Shown one piece after another: positions 59,372 through 64,000 of a stretch of DNA of 64,000 nt. Origin of the DNA: Candidatus Latescibacterota bacterium. Lineage in GTDB: Bacteria; Latescibacterota; UBA2968. The DNA lies in contig OZ242311.1 of the NCBI GenBank assembly GCA_965207885.1, positions 2,560,001 through 2,624,000 of the forward strand. The letters run 5' to 3'. The position numbers and the translations under genes are program-made. Under the pieces are notes generated by a model. That model was not told the DNA's origin, ran no database searches, and was given only the letters and a program-made list of their open reading frames with translations. Each line of letters begins with the position of its first letter. Within the stretch, counting starts at the first letter, position 1.

Positions 59372-60308
59372 GGTAGTGTCTGAAAAGTCGTAAAGTATGT
59401 ATTTTAGTTGCAGCATACGCCCTAAACCAAGGAGTATGATATGCAACGGAGATATGAACTGCGCGACGAGGCTTGGCATCTGATCCAAGACCTGTTCCCA
59501 CCGCCGAAGAAGATGGGTCGTCCCCGTCGGGATGATCGTACATTATTCAACGGGATCTTCTGGATATTGTGTTCAGGTGCAGCTTGGCGCGACCTGCCAG
59601 AACGATATGGTCCTTGGCAGACAGCCTTTGACCGATTCTGCAAATGGAAACAGGATGGCACCTTTGATCGCATTGTAGAAAAGCTACATCTCAAATTGGG
59701 TGAAGATGGTCTTTTAGATTATGCGACCTGGATGATGGATGCAACCCATATTCGAGCCACACAAGCCGCGGCAGGAGCGAAAAAAAAAGGGCAAAAAGGG
59801 TGAAGAAGAGCCCCCAGATCACGCTTTAGGACGCTCTCGTGGCGGTTTGACCACGAAAATCCATCTTCTTTGCGATGCAGTCGGGCATCCTTTAGCAGTG
59901 GATCTTCTCCCTGGTAACCAGTCAGAATCCACACAGGCTGAAAGGCTACTGTCAAAGGTATGCATACCCACCAAACGAGGGCGTCCAAGAAACCGACCCA
60001 AGTATCTGGTAGCTGATAAATCTTATGATGTCTCACGCATCAGAGTCTATCTACGCAAACGGGGTATCAAGGCTGCTATCCCAAACAAGGCGATTCCCAA
60101 AGGCAGAAAACGGCGTAAGAGAGGACCACGGCCTAAGTGTGATAAAAGATTATATGCCAAACGCAATATCGTGGAGCGTCTCTTTGGTTGGCTTAAACAC
60201 TGCCGACGGATTGTGACCCGATTTGAAAAAAAGGCGACTCATTTTCTCACTATGGTCAAGCTGGCCTGTATCAGACAACTCTTCAAAGCTTACTTTTCAG
60301 ACACTACC
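59372..60308 (+). mobile_element. IS5-family (IS427-like) element, 937 bp
   Basis: 17-bp perfect TIRs ggtagtgtctgaaaagt; TA duplication at 59370-59371 and 60309-60310. Confidence 0.93.
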
Positions 60309-60311
60309 TAG
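59441..60311 (+). CDS. IS5 transposase, orfA/orfB joined by a probable -1 frameshift
   Basis: WRDLPERYGPWQT, DATHIRA, A9-GGG slippery run near 59780, GRSRGGLTTKIH, ADKSYD, RNIVERLF. Confidence 0.9.
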
Positions 60312-61391
60312 CAAACCGGACGTGTCGATCAGATAGTGCGGGCCGTTCCTGCCTGGTCCCTTTCCAGTGAAACGAACGGAGTTCGCCATCCGGATGGTCC
60401 CAGGCGCAACAGGGCTCACAAACACAATGCCCGCTAGCCCAGCCGTCGTTAGGCGACGCATTGAAGACGCGTTGATTTGGGTTTTGTTTTAGTGCTTTCT
60501 CGACATCCGCGAGCCATTGCTGCGGTACCTCCGGATTCGATTGGCAGAGCTTGGCGTATTTGGGTTGTGGAAATCCGCTCCGCGTTCCGTCAGGCTGAAG
60601 GGCGAAGTATTCGGGGTGTGTTTCATGAAATCGCTCCCACCAGTCGCGGAATCCATGCCCCCCTTCCATTTCGAGGGAACCCAACTGCAGCCGTTGACGG
60701 CGTGTCCACTTCTGGGATCGACCGTATGATCCCCTGGGCGCCAGCCTGGAGTAACTGAACAGTCCGGCCCGGAAACGAAGACTGGGATGGTAGCGATAGC
60801 TGAAGGTCGCGAAGCGGATGGATTCCTGCGGGATGATATCCTCGCCGAGATCGCCAGGCCAGAGCCAACGCACGCCGAGTCGATCGTGCAGAAACGTATA
60901 GATCGCATTTACAGTCCCATACTCTTGCTGGATTCCCTCGATCCGTTTCCCGTTGATCTGTGCAATCAGGTGGTTGGGATCCCAACGGTCTCGCCCCGCG
61001 ATTACGAGGTGCTTTTCGCTCGCCGCGATGACGATTTCCTCGGGGTGTTGGAAGTCGAAGTCGATATTTGGAAACAGCGAATCAAGCGCCGGTTGGTAAC
61101 CCACCCAGATGGCCCGATCTGGGAATTGGCGGGGTGGACCGTCGATCCATTCCGGTCGAGTGCCACAGGTTTTCTCGATGTAATCGGCAAGATCAATCGC
61201 GGCTTTGCGCGTGAATGGTGGTGCATCTGGAAAGAGGATCAGCGGCGCCGGTTTGATCCCGGCTTTTTTGTCCACGAGGGTGAACTCGGCGGTATCGGCT
61301 GCTGAAATCGAGGTTAGCACGATGGAAACGGTGCGGAGCAGCTTGATTTTTTTTAACATGTTTTATTCCATTCATATACACTTAATATTTG

Positions 61392-61475
61392 GTTAGGTTG
61401 AGAATGACTTGCCCTCAGTCTCTTTAAAAGGACTGCTTCAACCTCAACAAATCGGTTCAGTAGCCCGTATTATGC
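61392..61475 (-). repeat. Scar of a deleted methyltransferase cassette with attC remnants
   Basis: 61425-61441 = 53183-53199; 61442-61461 matches 53211-53230 (19/20); flanked by GCATAAT (61469-61475) and ACCTAAC (61392-61398). Confidence 0.75.
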
Positions 61476-61481
61476 ACTGTC

Positions 61482-62183
61482 TCAATCACCGACTATCTTA
61501 TTCTTTCTAAGAATCGGAAATTCGGCACCTTTCATTCCGGTGTCTGTCAAATATGTAAGGTTGCAATGATGATACGCACAGATATAGCTTCTACGTAATT
61601 TATCAGATGAATTGGAGCCGCTTCTATGTAGAACATGCGAATGAAAAATAGCGATTTCACCTGCGTGCATTTCGATGGGGACCTGATTTTTATCATCCAC
61701 ATCTTGCGCGAACCGACCTGCGTAGAATGTTTCCGTTTCTCTCAAGAATACATGATCAAGTCGTCCCCATTTGTGTGAGCCTGGTATCACCCATAGACAT
61801 CCATTGCGGATAGTAACAACATCAAGGGCAACCCAACACGTGATGTAATTTTCAGGCTCTGTCAGACCGTACTGAGCATCTTGATGCCAATGAAATTCTT
61901 TGCCTTGAAACGGAGGTTTATGAGCTATCAAATTCCAATGAAGATCAGCATTGGGCCCAATCAGTTTCTTACAAGCTTCGACAAAGAGAGGTTGTTTTAC
62001 GAACTCTGCAAATAGATCACTCTCCAAATGAGGATTACGTTGAAACCATTTGGGGTTGTCTGTGTTATATTTTTCACATTCCGACGTCAACTTATTGAGC
62101 CACTCACCTGTGACTTTTTGTCCAGCAACGAAAAACCCTTTCTCATCAAAGTCACGAAGATTACGGCTGGTTATGATATCCAT
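61482..62183 (-). CDS. Phytanoyl-CoA dioxygenase family (PhyH) protein
   Basis: HWHQD, NGCLWVIPGSH, HRSGSN.SDKLRR. Confidence 0.9.
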   Translation of the reverse strand: MDIITSRNLRDFDEKGFFVAGQKVTGEWLNKLTSECEKYNTDNPKWFQRNPHLESDLFAEFVKQPLFVEACKKLIGPNADLHWNLIAHKPPFQGKEFHWHQDAQYGLTEPENYITCWVALDVVTIRNGCLWVIPGSHKWGRLDHVFLRETETFYAGRFAQDVDDKNQVPIEMHAGEIAIFHSHVLHRSGSNSSDKLRRSYICAYHHCNLTYLTDTGMKGAEFPILRKNKIVGD

Positions 62184-62197
62184 TTTGGCCTCGCCTC

Positions 62198-62259
62198 CCT
62201 CAACCTGGTTTATCTATGAAATAGTCTGTGCAATCCGAATCGTATATACTATGTTAGGC
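62198..62259 (-). repeat. attC-like remnant
   Basis: Perfect R'' GCCTAAC 16 nt after the MFS stop; GTTGAGG at 62198-62204. Confidence 0.5.
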
Positions 62260-62275
62260 GCCTCGCAGACCCAGA

Positions 62276-63514
62276 TCATGGTTTTTTGTCTTCGATACTA
62301 ACAATAGATGGAATCATCCGAGCAGAAGTTCCGAGAATGAGGGTCAGTACTCCCGCCGCTAAAAACCACGGCTGCGGGCCAAATACATCGGTTACGGGAC
62401 CTATCACGATGAGCCCAAGCATAGTTGTAAATTGCACGGAACTATGAAGAGCGCCAAATACACGGCCTTGTAGATGGGGATCGACATTGGCCTGAAGGAG
62501 TGCGCGGAGAGGCGCGTTAATTAGCGAGCTACCGACGCCGCTTAAAGCTATGCCCGTGATGGCTAAAGCAAAGCGGGTATGAGGGGCGATACCTACGAGT
62601 ATTGTTCCAATGCCATATACAATCCAGCCGAAGATCGTCGTCATGATTCGGCGACGGAATCCACCCCAGGCCCCGATCAGAAGACCTCCCAGGACAATGC
62701 CCACTCCCCAGGCAGAATTAAACCAACCAAGTTCGGTAGCACCTCCATTGAAGTGATCTGTTATCAAGAGAGGCGAGATGGTCATCTTCGTGTTCCCAAA
62801 TATGTTTAATACGGCAGCAATTAAGATTAAGTTCCGAAGACCAATCCATCTCCACAAATAACGAAATCCTTCCAGCATATCAACCCAGATGCCAACTCCC
62901 TGGCTTTGCTTTTCCTCCATCCTTTTGGGCTGTGGAATCATAATGAAGATGAGGGGACAGATAGCCAGCATTGCCGTCAAAACATCGAGGGCCAATATGA
63001 TATGCATCTCGAATAAGGCCAGTGCCAGTGCTCCAAGGGGAGGCCCTCCCATGCTGAGTACTCCATGCAGGGTTTGGTTCGTCCCCTGGATTCTGGCCAG
63101 ATGTTTTTCTGGCACCATCAGAGGCGTGGCAGTTATCATCGCCAGGCCCTGGAATGCACGGCCAATACTCGCCAGGAAGTTTACTGCGTAGATATGCCAG
63201 ATCTCGATAATTTCCATCCAGAAAAGACCTGCCAGACCGGCCATGGCTATCGCGACAAGCGTATCCGAGACGAGCATTACAATTCGGCGGTTCCATCTAT
63301 CATTCAGTGTGCCAATGATAGGAGCCAGGAAGACTTCTGGCAGATAGGCGACAAGGACTGAGGTCGCGAGAATGGTCGCAGATCCTGTCTCTTCCGTAAG
63401 CCACCACACCAGGGCAAACTGTGCAACTTGAGTTCCAAGAGACGACAGCGTTTGTCCGGTCCAGATGGTAAAGAAGCCGCCAGCCCATGAACCATCTCTA
63501 TTCAGACGAATCAA
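62276..63514 (-). CDS. MFS transporter (Mef/DHA3-like)
   Basis: FFTIWTGQ.LS.LG..VAQFALVWWLT..TGSA, DRWNRR, LQGRVF. Confidence 0.9.
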   Translation of the reverse strand: MIRLNRDGSWAGGFFTIWTGQTLSSLGTQVAQFALVWWLTEETGSATILATSVLVAYLPEVFLAPIIGTLNDRWNRRIVMLVSDTLVAIAMAGLAGLFWMEIIEIWHIYAVNFLASIGRAFQGLAMITATPLMVPEKHLARIQGTNQTLHGVLSMGGPPLGALALALFEMHIILALDVLTAMLAICPLIFIMIPQPKRMEEKQSQGVGIWVDMLEGFRYLWRWIGLRNLILIAAVLNIFGNTKMTISPLLITDHFNGGATELGWFNSAWGVGIVLGGLLIGAWGGFRRRIMTTIFGWIVYGIGTILVGIAPHTRFALAITGIALSGVGSSLINAPLRALLQANVDPHLQGRVFGALHSSVQFTTMLGLIVIGPVTDVFGPQPWFLAAGVLTLILGTSARMIPSIVSIEDKKP

Positions 63515-64000
63515 TCATCTCTCCTTTTTATCTGAATCGGCAAGAAAGAACGTTCCCCTCTTTTTGAATCTAAAACTCTCATCGGGTACGACGAACGCCA
63601 GTTTATCACACAAAAAAGAGCCAGACGGAGCTGAATTTTGGAGCCGTACACAAAGCTCAAGGCTCTCGTCTATGGAGATGAACTCAGCAATGGTCATGTG
63701 CGGAGCTATGTTGCGCCTGTGATACGCTTCGCCGGAAAATGCCGATGTACTGTGGAGGATCTGCTTTAAATTATCGATAGGCTCTCGTGGCCTTATCGGA
63801 TACGAGACGCCAGGGTGCCTGGTTGAGGCATGCGGCTTGTCGTAATGAAGCGTGAATGGCTGGACATCCGTAAGGACGTTGTTGATTTCATCGATAAGAT
63901 CAGGTGTCATTTCCCGACCCAAGGGATCTGACAAAGAGATGTGCGTCGGGCAGGAGGCAGCTGAGCGGGGATCATACTTTGCTCGCAAGAGGTCGATATC
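63515..64000 (-). CDS. 2H phosphoesterase (2'-5' RNA ligase family), 5' end outside window
   Basis: PTHISL and PHMTIAEF HxT/S motifs; frame open to the window edge. Confidence 0.75.
   Translation of the reverse strand, partial: DIDLLRAKYDPRSAASCPTHISLSDPLGREMTPDLIDEINNVLTDVQPFTLHYDKPHASTRHPGVSYPIRPREPIDNLKQILHSTSAFSGEAYHRRNIAPHMTIAEFISIDESLELCVRLQNSAPSGSFLCDKLAFVVPDESFRFKKRGTFFLADSDKKER

Larger units (their letters stand above)
58441..61359 (-). pseudogene. DUF4838-like protein interrupted by the IS5-family element
   Basis: Removing the IS plus one TA restores ...HVRFA|NTCARLL... in frame (659 aa); LGVRWLWP, HPEYFAL, SPNDG, YLMAHLLWDP. Confidence 0.85.

Noticed and set aside
1-64000. CRISPR array, integron integrase, reverse transcriptase or known defence operon
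   Set aside because: No regularly spaced repeats, and no tyrosine-recombinase or YxDD RT motifs in any ORF

Overview
Bacterial accessory region with no housekeeping genes, rRNA, CRISPR or integrase. It is a tightly packed run of about 70 functionally unrelated genes, almost all on the minus strand; only 4 non-IS genes are on +. They encode GNATs, SAM methyltransferases, aminoglycoside-modifying-like enzymes, serine hydrolases, MFS pumps, PhyH dioxygenases, sulfatases, glycoside-hydrolase-like proteins, a DUF1552/DUF1592 pair, a DUF4160/DUF2442 pair and an ECF sigma factor. The spacers are not random. Many carry collapsed or half integron attC-like sites (R''/R' boxes), short copies of genes found elsewhere in the window, or orphan gene ends. 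This looks like an eroded cassette array or a gene-accretion track. Two IS elements interrupt otherwise intact genes. One is a 2766-bp IS1-family element with passenger genes, several sigma70-like promoters, two putative antisense sRNAs and a highly structured ncRNA candidate. The other is a 937-bp IS5-family element. Their TIRs share the same first 10 bp. A 5'-truncated tRNA-Sec/allo-tRNA-like sequence and an IS200 tnpA remnant are also present. The PhyH/sulfatase-rich content suggests a marine Poribacteria/Latescibacterota/PVC-like host (weak inference). All calls come from motif recognition by eye; no database searches were run.
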